From positions 23,480 through 87,479 of the forward strand of contig MGTU01000011.1 in NCBI GenBank assembly GCA_001799615.1: DNA of 64,000 bases. The letters are read 5' to 3'. The DNA comes from Elusimicrobia bacterium GWA2_61_42. GTDB lineage: Bacteria > Elusimicrobiota > Elusimicrobia > Elusimicrobiales > UBA9959. Positions 44,435 through 53,830 of this stretch are shown piece after piece. Positions within the stretch are counted from its first letter, which is position 1; each line of letters begins with the position of its first letter. A program made the position numbers and the translations under genes. The notes below the pieces were generated by a model. The model worked only from the letters and a program-made list of their open reading frames with translations. It was not told where the DNA came from and made no database searches.

Positions 44435-46632
44435 ATGAGCCTTTCGATGATCTCCAGGATATCGCTCTGCTCGAACCTGCTTTTTACGATATAGGCGTTG
44501 GCGTCGGCGTCTATGCCCTTTTCCCTGTCCCTGTCGGAGTCCAGCGCCGTTACCAGCACCACCGGCAGGTCCGCCAGGTCCTTGTCCGCGCGTATCCTGG
44601 CCGTAAGTTCGAAACCGGTCATTTTAGGCATATCAATGTCGGATATGACCATGTCGCACGGGGCGGTCCGCAGCAGTTCGAACGCGGCCGCGCCGTCCAC
44701 CGCGGTCTTCACTTCGTAGCCGGCGGCCTCGAAAATGTTCTTCAGTAGCGTTCTCGCCGTGATGGAATCTTCGGCGACCAGTATGGTCTTTTTGCGTTCG
44801 CGCGCGCGCTGCCCGCCCGCGCCGCGCGGCGCGGGGGCGCTGCTTCCCCGCCGCGTTTCCATAAGGTCGCGCATATTAAGCATGGGGACCACTTTACCGC
44901 TGCCCAGTACCGCCGCGCCGGCCGCCCCGCGCGCTTTCGCGAACGGCGTTCCGAGCCCCTTTACCAGCAGTTCCTGCTCCATCATCACCCGGTCCACCAT
45001 AAAAGCCGTGCTTTCTCCGCCGGAGGCCGCTACCAGGAACTGGCCGCCGCCGGCGCCGGGTCCGCTGCCGGCGGGGTCCGCCAGGCCGAGCGCTTCCCGC
45101 AGGTTCAAGGCCGGTATGGTCCGTCCGCAGGACGAGATGACGGTCCTCCCCTCCACCGTTCTGACGTCCCCGCGCGCGGCGCGGCCGACGCGTTCCACCT
45201 GCGCCACCGGTACCGCGAATATCTCTCCCCCGCTCTCCACAAGTATCCCCCTCAGCGTCGAGACGGTAAGGGGCAGCACCACCCGGAATATGGTCTTTCC
45301 CTGAGTTGTCTCTACTTCCGCCGTGCCGCCCAGCCGTTCGGCTTTCTCGCGCACTATGGCGAGGCCCAGGCCGCGGCCGGATATCGATGTTATTATGGGG
45401 CTGGTGGAGATCCCCGACCTGAAAATAAGGGACTCCGCCCGGGGCATGTCGGCTTTTGCCGGGGCTTCGGCGCCGGGCAGCCCCAGTTTAACGGCCGCGG
45501 CCGCCACTTTATCCGCGTCTATGCCCGCGCCGTCGTCGCTGACGGTTATCTCGGCCTTGTTCCCGCCTTTTTTAGAAACTGAAATTACTATCTTTCCGCG
45601 TGGAGGTTTATTCTTCCTCAGACGCTCTTCGTGTTTCTCTATGCCGTGGTCCACCGCGTTCCTGACCAGGTGCAGCAGCGGGTCCTTCATTTCCTGCAGT
45701 ATCCTGCGGTCCACGGCCAGTTCCGTTCCTTCCAGCACCAGCTCGGCGTCCTTGCCCTGGCTGTGCAGCGCCTCGCGCAGGAACAGCGGAAAGCCTTCCA
45801 GCAGCGTGGCGAAGGGGAGCATCATCGTCTGCTTCATATCTTCATGGAGGTGGTCTATGCGGGAGGCCAGCGCGCGCCGGTCCTGTTCCAGGACGTGCAG
45901 CAGTCCGCGCTGCGCTTTCTCGAGGCCGGCCAGGAAAACGCGGAGTGTCTCGATAAATTCGCGCGCGGGAGCGCCGTCGGCCGCCGTCGCCGGGCATTTT
46001 TTCAGCCAGAGCCGTACATCTCCTGTCAGGCCCCTCATATCCTCGCAGCGCTGCGCGGCCGCCAGTTTGCAGGCCAGCATCTCCTCCGTCTGCCGCAGCA
46101 GCGATTCAAGCGCGGCTAGGGGCACACGCACGTTCTGCTGCTCGGCGGGAACCGGGCGGGGTTCCTCACAGGCGCTCTTCAGCGCGCCGGTCCGCGGCTG
46201 CGCCGCCGGAGCATCCGCGCCGTTAAGGGCGGCTTCCAGTCCCGCGGCCGTTTCGGCGGCTTTACGGCACAGGGCCGGGGCCTTACTTTCCACCCCCGCG
46301 GCGGCGGCCAGTTCTTCCAGCGTCCTTACCGCCCCGAGCAGCCGGTCCAGCAGGCCAGCTTCTGGGACGATATTGTCTTTCTTCAGGCCGGCCAGCACGC
46401 TTTCCAGGGCTTGGCATACCGCCTCGGTCTCCTTTTCGTCCACCGCTCTGGCCGCGCCCTTAAGGCTGTGGGCCGCCCGGAAAACCACCTCCAGTATCGC
46501 GGCCGGGGAATCTGAAAATGCCGGCGCCTCGAATTTTAAAAGCCAGGAACCGAGTTCCATTATATGGTCCTCGGCCTCGCTCCTGAACGTGGTAAGGAGC
46601 TTTTTTCTGAACTCGTCGGCGTTATGGTCCAT
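44431..46632 (-). CDS. cheA: CheA-REC hybrid kinase (WspE-like)
   Basis: HSLKGAAR Hpt, HLVRNAVDHG, DDG.G, SGRG.GL, CheW domain and C-terminal REC. Confidence 0.95.
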   Translation of the reverse strand: MDHNADEFRKKLLTTFRSEAEDHIMELGSWLLKFEAPAFSDSPAAILEVVFRAAHSLKGAARAVDEKETEAVCQALESVLAGLKKDNIVPEAGLLDRLLGAVRTLEELAAAAGVESKAPALCRKAAETAAGLEAALNGADAPAAQPRTGALKSACEEPRPVPAEQQNVRVPLAALESLLRQTEEMLACKLAAAQRCEDMRGLTGDVRLWLKKCPATAADGAPAREFIETLRVFLAGLEKAQRGLLHVLEQDRRALASRIDHLHEDMKQTMMLPFATLLEGFPLFLREALHSQGKDAELVLEGTELAVDRRILQEMKDPLLHLVRNAVDHGIEKHEERLRKNKPPRGKIVISVSKKGGNKAEITVSDDGAGIDADKVAAAAVKLGLPGAEAPAKADMPRAESLIFRSGISTSPIITSISGRGLGLAIVREKAERLGGTAEVETTQGKTIFRVVLPLTVSTLRGILVESGGEIFAVPVAQVERVGRAARGDVRTVEGRTVISSCGRTIPALNLREALGLADPAGSGPGAGGGQFLVAASGGESTAFMVDRVMMEQELLVKGLGTPFAKARGAAGAAVLGSGKVVPMLNMRDLMETRRGSSAPAPRGAGGQRARERKKTILVAEDSITARTLLKNIFEAAGYEVKTAVDGAAAFELLRTAPCDMVISDIDMPKMTGFELTARIRADKDLADLPVVLVTALDSDRDREKGIDADANAYIVKSRFEQSDILEIIERLI

Positions 46633-46640
46633 ATAGCCCG

Positions 46641-48389
46641 TCAGATCTTATATTGCTCCGCCAGGTGTCTCAGCTTCTGGCCGAGTTGCTGCAGGTCCTT
46701 GGTGGACGTTTCCGTCTGGCGCGAGGCGCTGGCGTTCTGCGTAGTGGCCGTCTTTATATTCTCCATGGCCTGCGCCAGTTGGTCCATGCCGGCCAGCTGT
46801 TGCTGGCTCGAGGCCGCTACCTGCGTGGCCGCCTGCGCCGATTCGGCTATACTCTCGGCCAGCTTCGCTATGGCGTCGCCGGCTACGGCGGATTGTTTCA
46901 CGCCGGCCGCCACCGCCCTGTTCCCCTGCTCGGTGGCCATCACGGCGGAACTTATGGCTTTCTGCACCTCGCTCAGTATCCCCCGCACCTGCGCGGTGGC
47001 GCTCTTGGACTGCTCGGCCAGGGTCTTCACTTCCTGCGCCACCACGGCGAACCCGCGCCCCTGCTCGCCCGCTTTGGCGGCCTCTATGGCGGCGTTGACC
47101 GCCAGCAGGTTGGACTGCTCCGCCAGGTCGCTTACGGTGGCGGTTATTTCCCCTATGGTCTGGCTCTGTTCGCTGAGGCGCACGATGTTGCCCGCTATGG
47201 ATTCCACCTGTCCCTTTATCTGGCCCATCCCCTCCATTACTTCGGTCACCGCCTTTTTCCCCTCCAGTGCCACCTGGGCCACGCGCTGCGCGGAGTCCGA
47301 GACCTGCCTGGCTTTCTGGCTGGAAAGCTGGGCGGTCTGCTTGACCTCTTCCACGGTGGCCGTGGTCTGGCTGACGGCCGTGGCGATTTCCGCCACGGTG
47401 GAGGCGGTTTCGGTGGTGGAGGCCGCCATCTGGCCGGTGGACGAGGCCAGCACCTGTGTGGCGTTCTGGATATCCTTGGTCATTACGCGGAGATTGGCCG
47501 TCATGGAGCGGAAGGCGTTGCCCAGCACGTCTTTCTCCGAGAGCGGTTTTACCTCCGCCCGGAAATCGCGGCCGCCTATCTGCTCGGCCGCTTCAGCCAT
47601 GCCGCGCAGGTACGCGGTCATGCGCGTAAAAGCTTTAGCGAGGGCGCCCACTTCGTCCTCGCGGCTGGACGCAGGGAGATCGACGGCCATCTCGCCGTTG
47701 GAAATGGCTTCGGCCGCCGCCGCCAGGCCGGTGAGCGGCCCCACTATATTGCTGGTCAGCAGGAAAGCGATGAGGAGACCGGTAAAAACGGCCGCGGTCC
47801 CGGTCAGGAAAAATATCCGCACCGAACCCGCGGCGCGCTCGCGGCTGAGCCTGGTGGCCGTTCTCATGCTTTGTTCCGACTCCTCGGCCATCGTAAGTGC
47901 CAGCGCGCGTATGCGTTCGTACCGGTCCCGCTGTACGCCCTGGGCCATGACCATGAGTTCCGCCGTTTTCCCCAACCGCGCCAGTTGTATCTCCTCCTGC
48001 ATGGTTTTGTCGTATGCTTCCCATTTTATGATGAGCTCCGCCGTTTCGGCCTGTAATTTCCCCTCGGCACGGCTATGGGCCGCCTGCGCCGCTATGCTCT
48101 GCTTGATATCCACCACTTGTTGTTCAGCGTCGGCCGCCACTTTTTCCTGTTCCGACCTGTCCTTTATCACCGACATCTCCAGCATTTGGCCGCGTACCCT
48201 GTTCAGGTTGGAGCGCAGCTGCAGCAGGTTGGTTATGGCGGGGTGTTCTCTTTCAGTGAGGTCCAGCGTGGCCCGCATAGTCGTGATAACGTCGTAGGCA
48301 GTGAGCGTTACCGCCGCCGTAAAAAATATCATCAGTCCGAAGCTCAGAAGAAGTTTGTTCTTTATGGAAATGTCAGCTATCCGTTTCAT
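46641..48389 (-). CDS. Methyl-accepting chemotaxis protein (4HB sensor, two HAMP; WspA-like)
   Basis: Two TM helices; DEVG.L and D.LG HAMP domains; AEQSNLLAVNAAIEAAKAGEQGRGFAVVA tip. Confidence 0.95.
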   Translation of the reverse strand: MKRIADISIKNKLLLSFGLMIFFTAAVTLTAYDVITTMRATLDLTEREHPAITNLLQLRSNLNRVRGQMLEMSVIKDRSEQEKVAADAEQQVVDIKQSIAAQAAHSRAEGKLQAETAELIIKWEAYDKTMQEEIQLARLGKTAELMVMAQGVQRDRYERIRALALTMAEESEQSMRTATRLSRERAAGSVRIFFLTGTAAVFTGLLIAFLLTSNIVGPLTGLAAAAEAISNGEMAVDLPASSREDEVGALAKAFTRMTAYLRGMAEAAEQIGGRDFRAEVKPLSEKDVLGNAFRSMTANLRVMTKDIQNATQVLASSTGQMAASTTETASTVAEIATAVSQTTATVEEVKQTAQLSSQKARQVSDSAQRVAQVALEGKKAVTEVMEGMGQIKGQVESIAGNIVRLSEQSQTIGEITATVSDLAEQSNLLAVNAAIEAAKAGEQGRGFAVVAQEVKTLAEQSKSATAQVRGILSEVQKAISSAVMATEQGNRAVAAGVKQSAVAGDAIAKLAESIAESAQAATQVAASSQQQLAGMDQLAQAMENIKTATTQNASASRQTETSTKDLQQLGQKLRHLAEQYKI

Positions 48390-48949
48390 TGGTCCCTCCC
48401 GTTTAATTCTGCCGCCGCTGCGTGGTCCGCTTCAAGGAATCTGTCCGCCAGGAATATTATCAGTCCCTGCCGTGTCAGGCCGCCGAGATATTTAGCGTGT
48501 ATGCCGGAGAACCCCGGCGGCGGCGGCTGTATCTCGGCGGCGGAGACCCGGCGTACCCCGCAAACGGCGTCTGCGAGGACGCACAGCTCCCGTATCTCCC
48601 CGGCGGTCCCGGTCCCCTCCGGCGCGCGGGCGCGCAGTATTACTATTTCCCGCGGCCCCGCGGGTTCCGCTCCTATCCCGAAGAAAAGTCCGAGGTCGGC
48701 CACCGGCAGTATCTGCCCCCGGATATTGGCCACGCCGGCCATGAACCGCGGGGCGCCCGGGATGCGCGTTATCTCTCTGCCGGAACAGACCTCGCGGACA
48801 AGCGCCAGTTCTACGGCGTAGCTTTCTCCGGCCAGGCGGAATTCCAGGAATTCCTCCTTTTTCCCGGCGGCGGGCCTCTCTTCCGCGGCCGCGGCCATGG
48901 TTTCGGCCCGTTTCTTCAGTATCCCGGCGTCACTTACTTTTTCAGTCAT
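48386..48949 (-). CDS. cheW: CheW (WspD-like)
   Basis: F.L.GE.YAV...VREV, IPGAP....GV.N.RG.I.PV.DL. Confidence 0.9.
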   Translation of the reverse strand: MTEKVSDAGILKKRAETMAAAAEERPAAGKKEEFLEFRLAGESYAVELALVREVCSGREITRIPGAPRFMAGVANIRGQILPVADLGLFFGIGAEPAGPREIVILRARAPEGTGTAGEIRELCVLADAVCGVRRVSAAEIQPPPPGFSGIHAKYLGGLTRQGLIIFLADRFLEADHAAAAELNGRDQ

Positions 48950-50390
48950 CGGTGAACCTCGTCAGCGCCGAGCGCACTATTTCTTCCAGGCGGCCGGCCG
49001 TCATGCCTTCCGAATCCGGCAGTACGTCCTGCTGTTCGTGACGTTTCAACAGGGCGGCGGCGCTCTTGAAATGCCTGCGTGCCCAGGCGGCTTTGCCGCC
49101 GCGCAGGAATAAATTCCCCAGGGCCAGATGGGTCAGTATATGGTCCGGCGCCAGATACAGCGCCTTCCGGAATGACATGCCCGCCTCGCTGTCCCGTCCC
49201 TCTTCAAGAAAAATAGTTCCTAGGAGATAGTGCGCCAGGGGATCGAGCTTGTCGGCTTCTATGGCTTCGGCGCAGAGCTTTCCCGCTTCGGCCAGTCTGC
49301 CCAGGTTGGCGCGCACCCTGGCCAGGAGGACGAGCCCGGCGGCGTTCTGCGGTTCCGCGGCAAGCAGGGCCTCCAGTTCCTTCCCGGCCTCCGTATACAG
49401 GCCCGCCCGGTACAGGCCCCCGGCTTCCTCCAGCGGGCGCTTTTTCGGCGCGGGCGGCGCCGGCGGGCGGGTTCGCGCGGCGGTCGTCCTTGACGGGGCG
49501 GCCGCGGCATACAAGGCTGGAGGCTGCGGCCGGGGTCCCGCCGCTTTCCTGTAAATGGTCAGGCCCGGGAGCCGCGCCGGTTCCAGGCCGGGGATCTTGT
49601 CCGAAAAAGTCAGCGGCCCTTCGGCCGGGCCCAATATCAGCCAGCCGCCATCCTTCAGCGCGGCCCGGAATTTACGCAGTACGGCCTCGGCCAGGTCGGC
49701 CCGGAAATACATAAGCACGTTCCTGCACAGTATCAGGTCCATGGCGTTGGTAGCGGTCAACAGCGAGGGATAGGAGTCTTCCGCAAGGTTGAGGTAGGAG
49801 AAATCCACCATTCCCCTGATGCGGGGGAGCAGATGCAGTTTTTTGTCCCGGGTCTTCGTGAAATAGGTCGCCTTTATTTGTTCGGGAACTTCCCTGAAAG
49901 ACCAGTCCCCGTATATGCCGCGCCCGGCTTCGCGCAGCGCTTTGGAATTTATATCCGTGGCCAGTATGGATACGGCCCTGCTTCTCAGCGCAGGAGAGCA
50001 GCTGTCCAGCAGCATGGCCAGGGAATAGGGCTCTTCGCCGGTGGCGCAGCCGGCGCTCCATATCCGTAAGGTTTGTTCCCGCTTCCCGTCCCCCGTAAGG
50101 GCCGGGAGCACAATGTTCCTGATCGCGTCGAAATCGGCCTTATTCCTGAAAAAATATGTTTCCCCTATCGTCAGATAGGCGGCCAGCGTCTCCAGGAGTT
50201 CTTTGTCGGGAGGCGAGGTCACCAGGCTGTTAATGCAGGCGGCGGCGTCGGTAAAGCCCAGTTCCGGGGCCGCGCGCGAGACCGCGAGCTCCAGGTCCTG
50301 GAACTTTTCCCGCGGGAAATACAACCCGGTGCGCTCGGCTATGAAGGCGGAGAATTCTTCGAGGTCCGCGGCCCGCTTTATCGAGCTCAT
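48942..50390 (-). CDS. cheR: CheR methyltransferase with C-terminal TPR (WspC-like)
   Basis: TIGETYFFR, WSAGCATGEEPYSL, CRNVLMYF, then TPRs; start set at ATG 50390. Confidence 0.93.
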   Translation of the reverse strand: MSSIKRAADLEEFSAFIAERTGLYFPREKFQDLELAVSRAAPELGFTDAAACINSLVTSPPDKELLETLAAYLTIGETYFFRNKADFDAIRNIVLPALTGDGKREQTLRIWSAGCATGEEPYSLAMLLDSCSPALRSRAVSILATDINSKALREAGRGIYGDWSFREVPEQIKATYFTKTRDKKLHLLPRIRGMVDFSYLNLAEDSYPSLLTATNAMDLILCRNVLMYFRADLAEAVLRKFRAALKDGGWLILGPAEGPLTFSDKIPGLEPARLPGLTIYRKAAGPRPQPPALYAAAAPSRTTAARTRPPAPPAPKKRPLEEAGGLYRAGLYTEAGKELEALLAAEPQNAAGLVLLARVRANLGRLAEAGKLCAEAIEADKLDPLAHYLLGTIFLEEGRDSEAGMSFRKALYLAPDHILTHLALGNLFLRGGKAAWARRHFKSAAALLKRHEQQDVLPDSEGMTAGRLEEIVRSALTRFTDD

Positions 50391-50884
50391 CGCGTTCCTC
50401 CTTGTATCGCGGCGCCGTTCATCTCTTCGCCCGGCGGCAGGCGGCGCGGGTCGAAGATCAAGATGAACCCCTCGCGCGCTTTGATCACGCGGTCCACGTA
50501 TTTCCCCTGTACCGCCGCGTCCGCCGCTATCAGTTCGTCCGGGCGGCAGCCGGTCAGGTCGGGCACAAGATCGGCCGGTATGGCGCATGGGCCCTGCGGG
50601 CCGTCGGCAATAATGAAATAGTCCCGCGGCGCCAGTTCCTTTTCCGGCAGGCCGAAAATCTGGCGGATGTTCAGTAGGGGGATCGCTCTTCCGTGGAGGT
50701 TGAGAAGGCCGGAAACGGACGCCGGAGCCTTCGGCAGCGGCGCCGGCGCGAAAGCCCTGACCACCCGCTCCACGCCTTTCATGGCAATGGCGTAGCTCTG
50801 GTCGTCAAGTTTAAAGACCAGGAAATAGGCGGTTTCCGGCGCGGGACCCGCGCCGGAAACCGTACGTACGTACGATGACTGCAT
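50387..50884 (-). CDS. cheW: CheW (WspB-like)
   Basis: LVF.L..Q.YA....VERVV, PLP.AP..V.G.LN.HG..IP. Confidence 0.88.
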   Translation of the reverse strand: MQSSYVRTVSGAGPAPETAYFLVFKLDDQSYAIAMKGVERVVRAFAPAPLPKAPASVSGLLNLHGRAIPLLNIRQIFGLPEKELAPRDYFIIADGPQGPCAIPADLVPDLTGCRPDELIAADAAVQGKYVDRVIKAREGFILIFDPRRLPPGEEMNGAAIQGGTR

Positions 50885-50916
50885 TCCCCACCCCCAAACC
50901 CCTGTACTGCCTAGTT

Positions 50917-50945
50917 AGGATAGAATTGATGCGCGGCAAAGTCAA
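50917..50945 (-). promoter_or_regulatory. Sigma70-like promoter of the chemosensory operon
   Basis: TTGACT, 17 bp, TATCCT on the minus strand; spacer contains TTGCC-GCGC-ATCAA. Confidence 0.6.
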
Positions 50946-51002
50946 TCACGCCAGCGTGCGCGAATTTAGGACTTCACGTCGTAAAACAAAATACGGGAAT
51001 TG

Positions 51003-51749
51003 TCAGGAGACCGGCTCGGTGCCGGAGCGCGGCTTTTTGTAGGTCCGTCGGTTATCCCCGGGCGGCTGCAGATAGATCCAGCCGAGGGCGTTCTTGTTCT
51101 TTATGCGCCTGCCCAGGCGCGGGCCGAGTTTGGCGCGCAGCCTGTTGGCCAGGCCGCGCAGGGCGTCGAATTTGTTCGGGACGATCTTGGTGTCGAAGAC
51201 GAATTTTAGAATGTCGTTCTCTTCCACGAACAGGGGGCTCCTTTCCATAAGCATGAATAGGAACCGGAACTGCTCCAGCGAAAGCCTGGCCACGGGCTTT
51301 GCGTCCTTGAAAACCGTGAGATTTTCCGTCTCAAGACGCAGGTCCCCTTTTTCAAGTATGCCGCGCTCCCACCAGACGCGGCGCAGCATGCTCTCTACCA
51401 GCATGCGTATCCTGTTAAGGGGGCCGCCTTTCAGCACAAAACCGTCCGCCTGATGTTTTAAATAGGCACCGTACTCCTGCTCGCCGTCGGCGCTTACTAT
51501 TATTATTGGGGTCTTCTTCAAATCCTGGTCCGCTCTTATCCGCGCGCAAAGGGGCCCGGCGTCGCCGTCCGGCAGATGGTAGTCCATCAGCACGCAGTCC
51601 GGCCGGAGCTTCCTGGCAAGGTTGAACGCGTCCGCGCAGTTCATCGCCGCGCCGACCTCGTAATTGAAAATTTTAAAAAAATTGCTTAAGGAACGCAGCC
51701 AGATGGTGTCGTCATCCACGATCAATACTGTGCGCTTGTTCATAGTCAC
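51003..51749 (-). CDS. Response regulator with divergent OmpR-like winged helix
   Basis: IVDDD, MDYHLP and K; C-terminal LS..QF.FL..L...RLR.KL....I......G. Confidence 0.82.
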   Translation of the reverse strand: MTMNKRTVLIVDDDTIWLRSLSNFFKIFNYEVGAAMNCADAFNLARKLRPDCVLMDYHLPDGDAGPLCARIRADQDLKKTPIIIVSADGEQEYGAYLKHQADGFVLKGGPLNRIRMLVESMLRRVWWERGILEKGDLRLETENLTVFKDAKPVARLSLEQFRFLFMLMERSPLFVEENDILKFVFDTKIVPNKFDALRGLANRLRAKLGPRLGRRIKNKNALGWIYLQPPGDNRRTYKKPRSGTEPVS

Positions 51750-51891
51750 CCACCTCTCCCTTACTTAAAGATAGCAAAAAATACGGGCAAATCAAATCCG
51801 CGCCGTGCCCGCGAGCATGTCCTCGTGAGCACGGCCGTTATATAACCCGCTCCGCCTTCGCCTGAGGCGCGGTAAAGCGGGCAGGTCTCTG

Positions 51892-52263
51892 CTATCTCTT
51901 TTTCCCATCCAACCCCGCCGCCACCTGGAATTTGCACGGCTCGGCCGTGAGCAGCCGGCCGTCTTTCGTCCGCGCCCTGGTCTCGGCCTGGTAGCGCCCG
52001 TCGGTATAGCCTGCCCAATCATACCACCAGTAGCCAACTGAGTATCGGCAGGGTTGCCAGGCGCCGTGATCGATGGAGATCTCCACCCGCTCAATATCGC
52101 CCGTGGCTCCCACGCGGAACGTATATTGCGGCGAAGTTATCTTTTCGCCGCGCTGTGGGTGATCCAGTATCGTGCGGCCCCCGCCGCCCGCTGGCGCGGC
52201 GCCGGATTTATTCGGCGCGATCTTCCTTTTGCTTATCGCTTTTATCAGCTTAGTTATTCCCAT
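51892..52263 (-). CDS. Small Ig-like/beta-sandwich protein
   Basis: DHP..GE.I, VEISID.GAW, W.YDW and G.Y....RA pattern. Confidence 0.65.
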   Translation of the reverse strand: MGITKLIKAISKRKIAPNKSGAAPAGGGGRTILDHPQRGEKITSPQYTFRVGATGDIERVEISIDHGAWQPCRYSVGYWWYDWAGYTDGRYQAETRARTKDGRLLTAEPCKFQVAAGLDGKKR

Positions 52264-52543
52264 GTCCTTGCAGTCTCCTTTTGGTTCCCTGTATTACCAG
52301 TTGGCTGGTTTTTACGGTCTTTAATAGCCCCCACATCATCCTTTTGCGCCTGGCCGCGATAGCGCGGCAGTTCTTACAATCCTGACTGCCGCTCGCATAA
52401 TCCGCGCATGTCAGGAGCGAGTCGGCCTCCTGTCCCAGTTTCCGGGCAAGTCTGGTTCTTTCCCCGTCCGTTCTGCCGCGGCCCAGCCTGTCGGTGATAT
52501 CCTTCATCACGGCCGCCTTATTCAGGTATATTGAACACTTCAT
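52250..52543 (-). CDS. Hypothetical Cys-containing small protein
   Basis: Operon spacing with both neighbours; C-x8-CxxC. Confidence 0.6.
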   Translation of the reverse strand: MKCSIYLNKAAVMKDITDRLGRGRTDGERTRLARKLGQEADSLLTCADYASGSQDCKNCRAIAARRKRMMWGLLKTVKTSQLVIQGTKRRLQGHGNN

Positions 52544-52547
52544 AGCG

Positions 52548-53411
52548 TCAAAAGCCCCCGGACTCCGGCCGCGCGGTGCTTCTGGTAACGCCGATCGTTA
52601 TCTGCCTGGCGTCCTTCTCGTCGTTCGACATCGCTTTTATCGGCAGGTCCGTTGCGCCGTCCGGCAGGGCGAAACGCATGGAGAAGGTCCCGTCCGGATT
52701 CAGCTGGACTTTGCGGCCGGCTACGGTTACGAAGGCGTCCGGCTCCGTGGCGCCGTACAGTATCAGTTCGCAGTCCGCCACCAGCCAGAACTTCTTTTCC
52801 TCCGGCCTCCGCTTGGCCTGCAGCGAACTGACGCCCCAGGAGGCCCCCCGCGAGAACACGGCCCGCAGCATCTCCCAGCGCTGGGCCAGCGACTTGGCCA
52901 CCTCGCCCGAGCCTTTGCCGATATACTCGACCCCGGAAAGCTGCAGCAATCTGTCGAAATCCTCGGAGACGGCCATCCAACCTCCGTCCATAACGTCCGA
53001 CACCCGTCCCGGCGGCAGAGTGACGGGATTCGTCTTTACTATGCCGATAAAACTGCCGTCCGGCTGTAATAGGCCGAGCTCGCAGCAATAAGAGCCGCCG
53101 CCGTCCTGGACATGCACGTACCAGTTCTTGGCGTCGAGCATTACAGGGACGTCGAAATACTTCTGGATATGTCCGGCCGTGTGCGCCATGTCGTAGACGC
53201 GCAGGAGCTGGCGGCCTTTCTCGAATATATCATGGCCGTGCTTGCGGGCAAGGAGGGCTTTTGAACCGGGCGTTATTTCCCAGTAGATGAACATCCAGTT
53301 GGGGTCCCTGGGCATTAAAGCCGCCATTGTTACGCCGTAATCCAGGGGAAGCGCGTCAGCGCCGGCATCCGGCTGAATATTTTTATCGGTAATTACGCCT
53401 GAAGTAGGCAT
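52548..53411 (-). CDS. DUF4912 domain protein
   Basis: LP..YG, L.PRDP.W.F.YWE, LR.YD, NWY, FWLVAD.ELI.YGATEP.A and DGTF..RF.LPDG; start set at ATG 53411 after GAGGA. Confidence 0.82.
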   Translation of the reverse strand: MPTSGVITDKNIQPDAGADALPLDYGVTMAALMPRDPNWMFIYWEITPGSKALLARKHGHDIFEKGRQLLRVYDMAHTAGHIQKYFDVPVMLDAKNWYVHVQDGGGSYCCELGLLQPDGSFIGIVKTNPVTLPPGRVSDVMDGGWMAVSEDFDRLLQLSGVEYIGKGSGEVAKSLAQRWEMLRAVFSRGASWGVSSLQAKRRPEEKKFWLVADCELILYGATEPDAFVTVAGRKVQLNPDGTFSMRFALPDGATDLPIKAMSNDEKDARQITIGVTRSTARPESGGF

Positions 53412-53422
53412 ATATTCCTCAC

Positions 53423-53590
53423 CTAAGCGGCGTCGCACAAAAGCCGCATCGACGTCTTAAGGTATTGTTCCGCCTTAAGATAATAGAACGCGCTCCGCAA
53501 GAACCGCCCCGCCAGGCCCGCGGACTCCGCTTTTTTTCGGGGACTCGGGCGCGGTTTAATGGCTGCTTTCCTCGGTCGATAGTGTCTCAT
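53423..53590 (-). CDS. Small basic hypothetical protein (55 aa)
   Basis: GGAGG SD 8 nt before ATG 53590; first gene of the cluster. Confidence 0.45.
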   Translation of the reverse strand: MRHYRPRKAAIKPRPSPRKKAESAGLAGRFLRSAFYYLKAEQYLKTSMRLLCDAA

Positions 53591-53790
53591 CAGTTCCGCC
53601 TCCATCGGCGGTCTTTACGGAGACACCGGCCTGCCGCTTCAGCGTCGCGCTAGGCGGCGGTAGAAGCGGCTAAGGCTGGTCTGCTCCAGTCCGCCGGCTA
53701 AATTATTTAGGAAACCAATAAAGGCTTTCCCCCCAGAGCAAATATACATGCTTTTGGGCGGAATTGACTATAGGGTAAAAGTAGGTAGGT

Positions 53791-53813
53791 AATAGGTATG
53801 GGAAATACCTATT
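53791..53813. promoter_or_regulatory. Inverted-repeat operator candidate
   Basis: AATAGGTAT-GGGAA-ATACCTATT, with further TAGG units at 53771-53790. Confidence 0.6.
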
Positions 53814-53830
53814 GGGGCTTTTCTACGGGT

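Noticed and set aside
53555-53640. Hammerhead ribozyme or fluoride riboswitch (CTGATGA...GAAA on the minus strand)
   Set aside because: Stem II cannot close before GAAA, and the 5' GATGG element of the fluoride motif is not in the right place.
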